A stretch of DNA of 63,198 nucleotides, filler included, from Candidatus Fermentibacterota bacterium (GTDB lineage: Bacteria; JAFGKV01), in the NCBI GenBank assembly GCA_016928395.1. It is 6 parts of 6 records of this genome, joined end to end, with 100 filler letters (N's around TTAATTAATTAA, not from the genome) between each part and the next. Parts side by side here need not be neighbours in the genome. Positions count along the whole stretch, not along the records: positions 1 to 17,567 come from JAFGKV010000294.1; 5 more parts are not named here. The stretch is one strand, 5' to 3'. Below the pieces are notes generated by a model. The model saw nothing but the letters and a program-made list of their open reading frames with translations, was not told the origin of the DNA and searched no databases. The translations under genes were made by a program, and so were the position numbers. Shown piece after piece: positions 1-8,323 of the stretch; the stretch's first letter is position 1; every line of letters starts with the position of its first letter.

Positions 1-166
1 GCCCGGCACTACAGCCCCCGAACCGAGCGCAGCTATGGAAAGCGGGTACGAGATCCGGACGGTGCCGCAACTTCTCGGGCACAAGGATGTGAGTACGACC
101 ATGATCTGCACGCACGTGCTGTACCGAGGGGGCCACGGTGTGCGAAGCCCGCTTGACGCGCTGTGA
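1..166 (+). pseudogene. intI: Integron integrase remnant with large internal deletion
   Basis: Frame 1 reads [12 protein letters not shown] (IntI N-terminal motif). It abuts, in another frame, [42 protein letters not shown] (IntI C-terminus). The catalytic Tyr position is Cys (TTMIC). Confidence 0.85.
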
Positions 167-179
167 GGCTGAACGTGAG

Positions 180-345
180 TGTCATGCGGATCTGTTAGGA
201 CGCTACCCCGACTCGTCGGGGAGGGTGTCAATGCCGCATGTTCCAATGGGAAACTCCAATTCGGTCGCAATGCGACATGCGTGTTATGCGGCAAATCGCG
301 AGATTCTGCCGTTGTTATGCGGATCTGTATATCCCGTAGTTGGAA
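180..345 (+). other. Putative attI region downstream of intI
   Basis: Direct repeats TGT(T/C)ATGCGG at 180, 282 and 313, followed by core site GTTGGAA at 339-345 just before the first cassette ORF. Confidence 0.6.
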
Positions 346-353
346 GCAGGAAG

Positions 354-650
354 ATGAAAGATCAGAAGGACCTACGATCACGGGAGATCATGACGCAGAT
401 TCACGACGTCCTGTGGTTCGACTGGGATCCCATTGGCACGAGAGAACTTGGTGGTCCTGATGATGAATACGATTTTTACATTGGAGGAGTATATCGACTC
501 CTTGCATCTGGCACTACCAAGCAGGATTTAGCTGATCATCTCCGTGGTATCCAGGCGGATTCCATGGGAATGTCAATCGTGAATGAAGAGAACCTGAACG
601 CAGTTGTTGACAAACTTCTGAAGCTGGATGTCTCGCTCAAAGTCGGTTGA
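354..650 (+). CDS. Integron cassette 1: small hypothetical protein (WDPIG...DEYD family, DUF1871-like)
   Basis: ATG at 354, nine bases after the core site; motif DWDPIG-x-PDDEYDFY; bounded by complementary core and inverse core sites. Confidence 0.75.
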   Translation: MKDQKDLRSREIMTQIHDVLWFDWDPIGTRELGGPDDEYDFYIGGVYRLLASGTTKQDLADHLRGIQADSMGMSIVNEENLNAVVDKLLKLDVSLKVG

Positions 651-652
651 GC

Positions 653-717
653 TTCCAACAAGCAAATGCAGGATATTGTCGCATAGCCGCGCCAAATCCT
701 GATTTGTGGCGTTAGGC
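653..717 (+). other. attC recombination site
   Basis: R'' TTCCAAC, L'' AATGCAGGAT, L' ATCCTGATT (pairs with one extra base), R' GTTAGGC. GCTTCCAAC is the exact reverse complement of the cassette-start GTTGGAAGC. Confidence 0.9.
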
Positions 718-733
718 TGGTTGTTTCATGTCC

Positions 734-763
734 TGCTATAATCAGGGCAAGCATCAAGGAGGT
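734..763 (+). promoter_or_regulatory. Extended -10 promoter and RBS of the hicBA cassette
   Basis: TGcTATAAT at 734-742; AAGGAGGT at 756-763 before the GTG at 769. Confidence 0.65.
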
Positions 764-768
764 GAGAT

Positions 769-978
769 GTGAAGACCTTTACGGCAGTCGTTGAGAAGTG
801 CCCTGACACTGGATTGTATGTTGGGTATGTGCCTGGCTTTCCTGGGGCTCACAGCCAAGCTGCGACCCTTGACGAGTTGCAGAGGAATCTGCAAGAGGTT
901 ATCGGGATGTTGCTTGAGGATGGTGAGCCGGTGTTACAGGGTGAGTTTGTCGGCACGCAGTTGGTGGCGGTTGGCTAA
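769..978 (+). CDS. hicB: HicB-family antitoxin (short, no DNA-binding domain)
   Basis: YVGYVPGFPGAHSQAATLDELQRNLQEVI motif; strong RBS; adjacent hicA. Confidence 0.9.
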   Translation: MKTFTAVVEKCPDTGLYVGYVPGFPGAHSQAATLDELQRNLQEVIGMLLEDGEPVLQGEFVGTQLVAVG

Positions 979-980
979 CG

Positions 981-1193
981 ATGGGCAAGCACCCGGTACT
1001 GAAGCCCCGCGAGGTGGTGAGGATCCTGGAGGGATTAGGGTTTGAGCAGGTGCGTCAAAGGGGATCGCACAGGCAGTGCCGGCACCCGGATGGTCGGTGC
1101 ACGACGGTACACTATCATGGTGGGCGAGATGTATCGCCCATTCTTCTGCGAGAGATTGCCAAAGACATCGGCCTCGCGGTAGAGGAGTTGTAA
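981..1193 (+). CDS. hicA: HicA-family mRNA interferase toxin
   Basis: KPREVVRILEGLGF-x-RQRGSH-x-HPDGRCTTV-x-H; the GSH His is retained. Confidence 0.9.
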   Translation: MGKHPVLKPREVVRILEGLGFEQVRQRGSHRQCRHPDGRCTTVHYHGGRDVSPILLREIAKDIGLAVEEL

Positions 1194-1276
1194 GCCAGCA
1201 GGTAGGTGGTGTTGGCTGGTTGCGGATCGAGCCTCACGGGCGGCTTAACACGACCGTTCAGCAATGGGAACATGAC

Positions 1277-1591
1277 ATGGCAAAGCAGAAGCGAAAGCTG
1301 ACCCCCGCCGAGAAGGCGGAGAAGAAACGGCGTCAGCGCGAGTACATGACGATCTTCATCAATGGGAAACAGAAACGCGTCAAGCGAGAGCCGACTATCG
1401 ACGGCATGCCGGTCGACGAGTTCATTCGCAGGAATGCAGACCCGATCTGGCTCCTGCAGAATGGGATGTACGAGGAGTTGCACCAGTGGGAACTGGAACG
1501 AGCTGCGGGGCTTGAAGGCCCTCTCCCGAAGCCTGCGCGGGATCCGGACGAGTCCGGCCATCCTGAAGACGACCCCTTTGAGCTCGGGTGA
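1277..1591 (+). CDS. Conserved hypothetical protein, probable third cassette
   Basis: MAKQKRKLTPAEKAEKKRRQREYMTIFINGKQKRVKR...NADPIWL; starts just after a GTTCAGC core-like site (1256-1262). Confidence 0.65.
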   Translation: MAKQKRKLTPAEKAEKKRRQREYMTIFINGKQKRVKREPTIDGMPVDEFIRRNADPIWLLQNGMYEELHQWELERAAGLEGPLPKPARDPDESGHPEDDPFELG

Positions 1592-2079
1592 GGCCGGCAT
1601 TGGTCTCAGGAACACAGGTGTGGCGATGGGGAACTGAACCTGGATGGATAGGTCGCCCACCGAGGAGGAGAACGAGGGATTGCCGGCGTTGTATCCCGGC
1701 CGAGTGAGGAGATCCTCATCACCATGCTTTTCAGTTCGGCAGGAACGCTCGCCAGATACCGGTAGCGGAAGCGCGCGGTGTCTATTGCCATCATCAACAG
1801 AGGACGCTACAATGCATGCATCGAGATCACGACATCCATTCTCACCTCATTCTGGAGCATCGCTGTGACTGCCTTACACCGCCAGACTTGATTCGCGGCC
1901 CTGATCGCCGGACGGCGATCGTGGGTTGTGCCTGCACCGGGCGGCGGAGGCGGCCACAGGCTCTGATCTCGCGCTGAGCCTCCCTCCGAGCCGTCGCCCC
2001 GTGGGCGATGATTGATGCACCGCCAGGCATGGATGTGCACGCCTTGGCGGCGAATTCCAACGCTCTCAGGAGGGAGTCT

Positions 2080-3204
2080 GTGCCCCAACGTCTCACCCGT
2101 TTCTTTGCCTCCCGTAAAGGCATTATCCTGGCGGGCGCCGTCATCGGTATCGTCGCGCCCCTGCTGCAGAAGCTCGGCAACCCGAAGAACATGGGCATCT
2201 GCGTCGCCTGCTTCGAGCGCGATATCGCCGGCGGTCTGGGCCTACACCGCGCCGCGGTCGTGCAGTACCTTCGCCCCGAGATCCCGGGTTTCGTTTTGGG
2301 CGCCATGCTGGCGGCCTACCTGTTCGGCGAGTTCCGCGCCCGCGCGGGTTCCGCGCCCATCGTGCGCCTCGTGCTGGGCGCCTTTGCCATGATAGGAGCC
2401 TTGGCCTTCTTGGGCTGTCCCTGGCGCGCGGCATTGCGCCTGGCCGGCGGCGATCTCAACGCCATCCTGGGCCTGGCGGGCCTGGCGGCAGGCATCGCGT
2501 TGGGTGTTCAGTTTCTCAAGAGCGGCTACACGCTGGGTCGCGCCCCCAAGACCTACGCGGCTGTCGGCTGGATCATGCCGCTGCTCATGGTCGGCCTGCT
2601 GCTCCTTCGCATTCTGGCGCCGACCTTCTGCAAAGATGGGCCGATCTTCTTCAGTGCCAGCGGCCCCGGGTCGCTCCACGCACCCCTCAGTATCGCGCTC
2701 ATCGCCGGGCTTCTCATCGGTTTTCTGGCGCAGCGCACCCGTTTCTGCACCATGGGTTCGATCCGCGATGTGATCCTGATGCGTGACACCCATCTCCTCA
2801 GCGGTTTCGGAACCCTGATCCTCGTGGCAGTGATCGTGAATCTGATCTTTGGCCATGCGCGGCTCGGCCTTGCGGGCCAGCCGGTGGCGCACAGCAACCA
2901 CCTGTGGAACTTCCTGGGCATGGCACTGTCGGGCCTAGCATTCGCTTTGGCTGGCGGGTGCCCGGGGCGCCAGCTCTTCCTGGCGGGCGAAGGCGATGGC
3001 GATGCCGCCGTGTTCGTGCTGGGCATGATCGTGGGCGCGGGGTTCTCGCACAACTTCGCACTGGCCGGCTCTCCCGATTCGGTGGCCGCCGGCGTGGCCA
3101 AGGTCGGCGGGCTGACGCCATTCGGCCAGGGTGCGGTGCTCTTGGGCCTCGTGGTGTGCCTGCTCATCGGATTCACCATGCGTGAACAAAGGAAGGAGAT
3201 CTGA
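2080..3204 (+). CDS. yedE: YedE-family putative selenium-metabolism membrane transporter
   Basis: GNPKNMGICVACFERDIAG, LGCPWR, RFCTMG and GGCPGRQ motifs; GTG start after AGGAGG; clustered with selD. Confidence 0.9.
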   Translation: MPQRLTRFFASRKGIILAGAVIGIVAPLLQKLGNPKNMGICVACFERDIAGGLGLHRAAVVQYLRPEIPGFVLGAMLAAYLFGEFRARAGSAPIVRLVLGAFAMIGALAFLGCPWRAALRLAGGDLNAILGLAGLAAGIALGVQFLKSGYTLGRAPKTYAAVGWIMPLLMVGLLLLRILAPTFCKDGPIFFSASGPGSLHAPLSIALIAGLLIGFLAQRTRFCTMGSIRDVILMRDTHLLSGFGTLILVAVIVNLIFGHARLGLAGQPVAHSNHLWNFLGMALSGLAFALAGGCPGRQLFLAGEGDGDAAVFVLGMIVGAGFSHNFALAGSPDSVAAGVAKVGGLTPFGQGAVLLGLVVCLLIGFTMREQRKEI

Positions 3205-3206
3205 AG

Positions 3207-3416
3207 ATGGCGACGGTTGATGCCCGGGGGCTCTCGTGTCCCCAGCTGGTGATTCTGGCCCGCAAAGCCATCGAGGCAGGTCAGTTCCCCATCGAGGTGC
3301 TCGTGGATTCCGTGACCTCCCGCGAGAATGTCCGGCGCATGGCTGAGAAGGCGGGGTGCAGCGTGGCGGTGAATGAAATGGGCGATGAGTTCAGCCTGAC
3401 CCTTACCAGGCGATGA
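3207..3416 (+). CDS. SirA/TusA-family sulfur/selenium carrier
   Basis: VDARGLSCPQ motif; 69 aa; operonic with yedE. Confidence 0.88.
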   Translation: MATVDARGLSCPQLVILARKAIEAGQFPIEVLVDSVTSRENVRRMAEKAGCSVAVNEMGDEFSLTLTRR

Positions 3417-3457
3417 TGCGATGGGTCTGAGGCGGCACGCCAATCGTGGCAGTCAAT

Positions 3458-3483
3458 GTAGGGGCGGGCCTCTGTGCCCGCCC
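3458..3483 (+). repeat. GTAG-type REP-like palindrome
   Basis: GTAG + GGGCGGGC-ctctgt-GCCCGCCC hairpin in the intergenic space. Confidence 0.65.
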
Positions 3484-3530
3484 GCGGGCAGGGCAAGAGC
3501 CCTTCCTCTACAAAGGAAACAGAGAATCGA

Positions 3531-4715
3531 ATGAACGGGCCTATAAATCCGGAAGGGGCCGTCATCTACCTCGATAATGCTGCCACATCGTGGCCGAAGC
3601 CGCCATGTGTGGCGGAGGCCATGACGCGATTCATGGCCGATGTGGGGGCAAATCCGGGCCGCTCAGGCCACCGGCTGGCGGTTCAGGCTGCCCGCGTGGT
3701 CTACGGCGCCCGGGAGGCTGTGGCCGAGCTGTTCAACGCGCCCGACCCGTTGCGTGTCGTGTTCGGGGCCAATGCCACGGAGGCAATCAACCTCGCCTTG
3801 CACGGGTTCCTAAGGCCGGTCGATCACGTGATCACGTCCAGCATGGAGCACAACTCCGTCATGAGGCCGTTACGAGAGAAGGCACGGCAGGGCGTCGACC
3901 TGACTGTAGTACCCTGCTCTTCCCAGGGTTTGCTGGATCCAGCGGATTTCGAGGCCGCGATCCGCCCGACCACCCGGCTCATCGTCCTCACGCATGCGTC
4001 CAACGTCACGGGCACGCTGCTCCCCGTCGCCGACGTGGGGCGCATTGCGCGCGAGCATGATGTCCTCCTGCTGGTGGATGCGGCGCAGACCGCCGGCGCG
4101 TATCCCATCGACGTCGTGGCAGACGCCATAGACCTTCTGGCCTTCAGCGGACACAAGTCGCTGTATGGCCCCATGGGCACCGGAGGACTGGTGATCGGTG
4201 ATCGCGTTGATGTGGCGCGGCTTGAGCCCCTCAAGCGCGGGGGTTCGGGCAGCCGGTCGGAACGCGAGGAACAGCCAGAGTTCCTTCCGGACCTGTGCGA
4301 GAGCGGCACGCCCAATGCCGTGGGCCTGGCGGGGTTGGCCGCGGGTGTGCGCTGGGTGGCGACCCGGGGAGTCGAGCAGATCCGCTCCCATGAGATGGCC
4401 TTGACCGAAGAGTTGTTGCGCGGCCTGGAGAACATCACGGGAGTCACGGTCTGCGGTCCCCGCGATGCACGGCGGCAAACTGCGACGGTCTCGTTCACCA
4501 TCGCCGGCGCGGAGACATCGGACGTGGGGCTGCGGCTGGATGACGACCATGGTATCATGTGTCGCGTGGGGCTGCATTGCGCACCATCGGCGCACAAGAC
4601 GCTGGGCACTTTTCCTGGGGGGACGGTACGCTTCGGCCTGGGAGCGTTCACTACGGCCGAGGAGGTTGAAACCGCGGTGGACGCAGTCGCCTCCCTGGCA
4701 GGACGCACGAAATGA
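3531..4715 (+). CDS. PLP-dependent cysteine desulfurase/selenocysteine lyase-like protein (class V aminotransferase)
   Basis: YLDNAATSWPKP, EHNSV, DAAQTAG, SGHKSLYGP (PLP Lys) and RVGLHCA (catalytic Cys). Confidence 0.92.
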   Translation: MNGPINPEGAVIYLDNAATSWPKPPCVAEAMTRFMADVGANPGRSGHRLAVQAARVVYGAREAVAELFNAPDPLRVVFGANATEAINLALHGFLRPVDHVITSSMEHNSVMRPLREKARQGVDLTVVPCSSQGLLDPADFEAAIRPTTRLIVLTHASNVTGTLLPVADVGRIAREHDVLLLVDAAQTAGAYPIDVVADAIDLLAFSGHKSLYGPMGTGGLVIGDRVDVARLEPLKRGGSGSRSEREEQPEFLPDLCESGTPNAVGLAGLAAGVRWVATRGVEQIRSHEMALTEELLRGLENITGVTVCGPRDARRQTATVSFTIAGAETSDVGLRLDDDHGIMCRVGLHCAPSAHKTLGTFPGGTVRFGLGAFTTAEEVETAVDAVASLAGRTK

Positions 4716-4939
4716 GCCCAGACGCGTATGCGGTAATCCTGGTCAATTCGACCAGTCATGCAGTGCGGATCGAGAAGCTGCTTGCTCAGCGGGGGATCGC
4801 CTGCAAGATGATCCCCGTACCCCGGAGCATCAGTTCGGACTGCGGCGCGTGCGTACGGATCAGAGCACGGGAGAGCGAGGCCGCCCGACAAGTGATCAAG
4901 GAGGCCGCCGTTGAGATCCAGGAGATCGTGGATGTGTGA
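4712..4939 (+). CDS. DUF3343-family putative Se/S carrier
   Basis: STSHAVRIEK...MIPVPRSISSDCG motif; ATGA overlap with the upstream gene. Confidence 0.85.
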   Translation: MSPDAYAVILVNSTSHAVRIEKLLAQRGIACKMIPVPRSISSDCGACVRIRARESEAARQVIKEAAVEIQEIVDV

Positions 4940-4980
4940 ATCCTCGCAGAGTGCAGGAACAAAGGGAGGCTGGTGAGCCA

Positions 4981-6027
4981 ATGACGGACAAGCAGATCCG
5001 CCTGACGGCCCTGACCACGGCCGCCGGCTGAGCGGCCAAGATGGGCCCCGAGGCCCTGGCGCAGGTCCTGCGCCCCTTGCGCGGCATGTTCCCGCCCGAG
5101 CGTTTTCCCAGGCTCCTGGTCGGCCTCGAGGTGAGCGATGACGCTGCGGTCTACAAAGTCAGCGATGATGTCGCGGTGATCAACACGCTGGACTTCTTCA
5201 CCCCCGTGGTGGACGACCCATACGACTATGGCGCCATTGCTGCCGCCAATGCCATGAGCGATGTGTATGCCATGGGGGGCGAGGTTGTCCTGGCCCTGAA
5301 TATCTGCGGCTTCCCGCCCGATCTGGGCTCGGAAATCGTAGCGGAGATTCTGCGTGGTGGCGCCGAGACGGTTCGCGAGGCCGGCGGTGCCTTGGCCGGC
5401 GGCCACACGGTCGAAGACCCCGAGCCCAAGTATGGGCTGGCGGTCATGGGAATGGTGCACCCCGAGCGAATCCTGACGAAGGGCGGCGCCCGTCCGGGCG
5501 ACATCCTCGCGTTGACCAAGCCTCTGGGCGTGGGCATCATCACTACGGCGGCCAAGGCCGACGCCGCCGATCCTGCCGACGTGGCGGGCGCCATCGTGAG
5601 CATGAAACGCCTCAATCGTGACGCTGCGCGGCTCGCCCAGGAGGCCGGGGTTCACGCCTGCACCGACATCACCGGTTTCGCCCTTCTGGGGCACGCCCTG
5701 GAGATGGCCGAGCGAAGCGGCGTTCGGCTTCGCTTTGACTTCGAGCGTCTTCCCTTCCTCGATGGCGCAACCCGGTACGCCGAGGGGTGGCTCTTCCCCG
5801 GAGGCACCTGCCGCAACGAGAGCTACTTTGGCCCCCGCGTGGAGTTCTCAGCGGGCATCCCGCAGGAGATCAAGCAGCTTCTGTTCACGCCCGAGACCTC
5901 GGGAGGGCTTCTCCTGGCCCTGCCGCCTGCCAGTGCCGAGGCGGCAGTTATGGCGTTTTCCGCGGCCGGCCACGGGTTTTGGATTGTCGGCTCAGCCATG
6001 GACGGAGAGGGTATCCGAATCGCCTGA
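4981..6027 (+). CDS. selD: Selenide, water dikinase (selenophosphate synthetase), selenoprotein with Sec at codon 17
   Basis: MTDKQIRLTALTTAAG-U(TGA 5029-5031)-AAKMGP in frame with DDAAVY, DFFTPVVDDP, AANAMSDVYAMGG, GGHT, DITGFALLGH and PETSGGLL. Confidence 0.95.
5058..5074 (+). promoter_or_regulatory. Candidate bacterial SECIS hairpin
   Basis: GGCGCAG-GTC-CTGCGCC stem-loop starting 27 nt after the UGA, with a G/U-containing apical loop. Confidence 0.7.
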
Positions 6028-6205
6028 GACACTGCCTCTCCTTTACGCGGAGCAGGTCGCGTATTGACTCAGCGTTCCGGGCCTGTTTCTTGAAGAGGTT
6101 CCTGCAAAGGAGAGATGGCGGCCAGATGCCGCAATGCATCCGGGTACCGCACACGAACATCGCTGCCACGGCGATCTCCTGTACCGGTGTGCCGGATGAG
6201 AGGGG

Positions 6206-8179
6206 ATGGGGATGAGAGACGAGCCGCACAACCCGGGAGTCGGGGCTTCAGGCGAGGCCGATCTGCCCGACATGGCGGAAGCCGCGTTCGAGAGCAATTC
6301 GGCCGTCATGCTCTTGGTCGATCCTGGCCCAGGCACGATCATTCATGCCAATGAGGCCGCCTCCAACTACTCGGGCCGCTCCCGGCACGAGATGCGCGGC
6401 ATGCCAACCCACGAGTTCGTGGGCATGGCCCCGGAGGAACTGGCGTCTCTCCTGGCTGAGGTCATGGCAGGGCGACGGACGAGCTTCGAGTATGAGCATC
6501 GGCTGCCCGACGGAGAGCTGAGGCGGGCGACCGTGCTGTGCGCGCCGGTCAGATCGGGGCAGCGAGTTCTGGTGTCTCTTGTTCTCATGGATTGCCCGGA
6601 GCGCCCCAGAATCGAAGCGGCCCTGAGGGCAAGTGAGGAGCGATTTCGTCTCCTGGTCGAGACATCCACGGATGTCATCTGGACGGTTGATGAGGCCATG
6701 CGATTCACCTATGTCAGCCCGGCTGTCATGCGTCTGCGCGGCCTGACACCCGAAGAGGCTATGCGCGAATCGCTGGAAGAAGCCGTGTGCCCCGAGTTCC
6801 TGCCCCCTGTCGCCGACTCTCTGCATGGGAGAAGTGAGCACGGAGATCGCGGAGAAACGAGCCATGTCGGTCGCTGGGAGATCCAGCAGCCTCACAAGGA
6901 CGGCTCCCGGGTGTGGGTCGAGCTCATCACGAGAGAACTCTACGACGAGAACGGCCGGCGGAGTGGGGTTCTGGGCATTTCCCGCGATATCACGCGGCGC
7001 AAGAACGCGGAGCGGCAGCTCCTGGACTACCAGGGCCGGCTGGAGGCACAGAATCGGGAGCTCCGCAGGTTCAAAGTGGCTTTTGAGCAGAGCGGCAATA
7101 CCATCGTCATCACCGATCCGGAGGGCACAATCCTCTATGCCAATCCACGGTTCGAAGCGACCACCGGCTACACGCTCGAGGAAGCCAAGGGCCAGAATCC
7201 CCGGATCCTGAAATCCGGCGAGCTGGATGATGCGGCGTATCGCGCGCTCTGGGAGACGATTTCCAGCGGCAGGATCTGGCGAGGCGAGTTCCACAACAGA
7301 CGCAAGGACGGCTCGCTCTACTGGGAAGCAGCCACCATCGCCCCGGTGGTGGACGAGGAAGGCCGGATCACCAACTACATCGCCATCAAGGAAGACATCA
7401 CCGTGCGCAAGGAGGCACAGGAATCGCTACGGAAGTATGCCGTAGAGCTGGAATCGCAGAATGCGGAACTCGACGCCTTCGCCCACACCGTGGCCCACGA
7501 TTTAAAAGGACCTGTGGGAGCCTTGGTCGGCTTCTCCGAACTCCTGGCCGATTCGCCGGAGATGCGCGAGGAAGAGCGGAGCGGGATGCTCAACCATATC
7601 AACCAGACTGGATGGCAGATGACCCGCATCATCGATGCGCTGCTCTTGCTGTCGGCGACTCGACGAAAGAAGGTCGAGATCGCGCCGCTGGACATGGGTC
7701 GCATCATCGCGGGGGTTCGCCATCGGCTCGACAACATGGTCCAGCAGCATGGCGCGGACATTGTCGAGCCCGAGTCGTGGCCCAGGGCCTTGGGCTATGG
7801 GCCCTGGGTCGAGGAGGTCTGGGTGAACTATCTCAGCAATGCCGTGAAGTACGGGGGCCGGCCGCCCCGAATCGAACTCGGCGCCGAAGCCACAGCCGAG
7901 GGCACGGTGCGTTTCTGGGTGCGCGACAACGGCGCCGGGCTTTCCCCTGCGGAGCAGAGCAGGCTCTTCCTCCCCTTCACGCGGCTGCACCAGGTGAGCG
8001 TCGAGGGTCATGGCCTCGGCCTTTCCATCGTATGCCGGATCGTGGAGCGGCTGGGCGGAGAGACCGGCGTTGAGAGCGGGGTGGGCGAGGGCAGCCTGTT
8101 CTTCTTCACGCTCCCCCAGGCCGCAGAGGTCATCCCGGGGTTGCCTCCAGGGCCGGATCGTCTCGACGCCGTGCCGTGA
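6206..8179 (+). CDS. Multi-PAS cytoplasmic sensor histidine kinase
   Basis: Three PAS/PAC-like units; H-box AHTVAHDLKGP; NYLSNAVKY, DNGAG and GHGLGL. Confidence 0.92.
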   Translation: MGMRDEPHNPGVGASGEADLPDMAEAAFESNSAVMLLVDPGPGTIIHANEAASNYSGRSRHEMRGMPTHEFVGMAPEELASLLAEVMAGRRTSFEYEHRLPDGELRRATVLCAPVRSGQRVLVSLVLMDCPERPRIEAALRASEERFRLLVETSTDVIWTVDEAMRFTYVSPAVMRLRGLTPEEAMRESLEEAVCPEFLPPVADSLHGRSEHGDRGETSHVGRWEIQQPHKDGSRVWVELITRELYDENGRRSGVLGISRDITRRKNAERQLLDYQGRLEAQNRELRRFKVAFEQSGNTIVITDPEGTILYANPRFEATTGYTLEEAKGQNPRILKSGELDDAAYRALWETISSGRIWRGEFHNRRKDGSLYWEAATIAPVVDEEGRITNYIAIKEDITVRKEAQESLRKYAVELESQNAELDAFAHTVAHDLKGPVGALVGFSELLADSPEMREEERSGMLNHINQTGWQMTRIIDALLLLSATRRKKVEIAPLDMGRIIAGVRHRLDNMVQQHGADIVEPESWPRALGYGPWVEEVWVNYLSNAVKYGGRPPRIELGAEATAEGTVRFWVRDNGAGLSPAEQSRLFLPFTRLHQVSVEGHGLGLSIVCRIVERLGGETGVESGVGEGSLFFFTLPQAAEVIPGLPPGPDRLDAVP

Positions 8180-8323
8180 GGACGCTGGGGGCACCCACCA
8201 CCACCGGGGGGGGGCCTCGGCTTGACTCGCACCACGACCACAACCCCCCCGGGGGCGATTCGTCCGAAACATCCCCGAGACGGTACCCTCGGGCCGCCGC
8301 ACATCACCTGGCCTGGGCCGGTC

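Noticed and set aside
138..353. N-terminal extension of the 138..650 ORF
   Set aside because: Overlaps the intI end and attI region; the cassette boundary indicates a start at 354.
2553..5694. Long antisense ORFs over the Se operon, and similar ones such as 58027..59412
   Set aside because: Shadow ORFs expected in GC-rich DNA; no motifs, and they overlap well-supported genes or repeats.
5041..6027. SelD starting at 5041 as in the ORF track
   Set aside because: Would omit the catalytic Sec/Lys motif; the true start is 4981 with UGA recoding.
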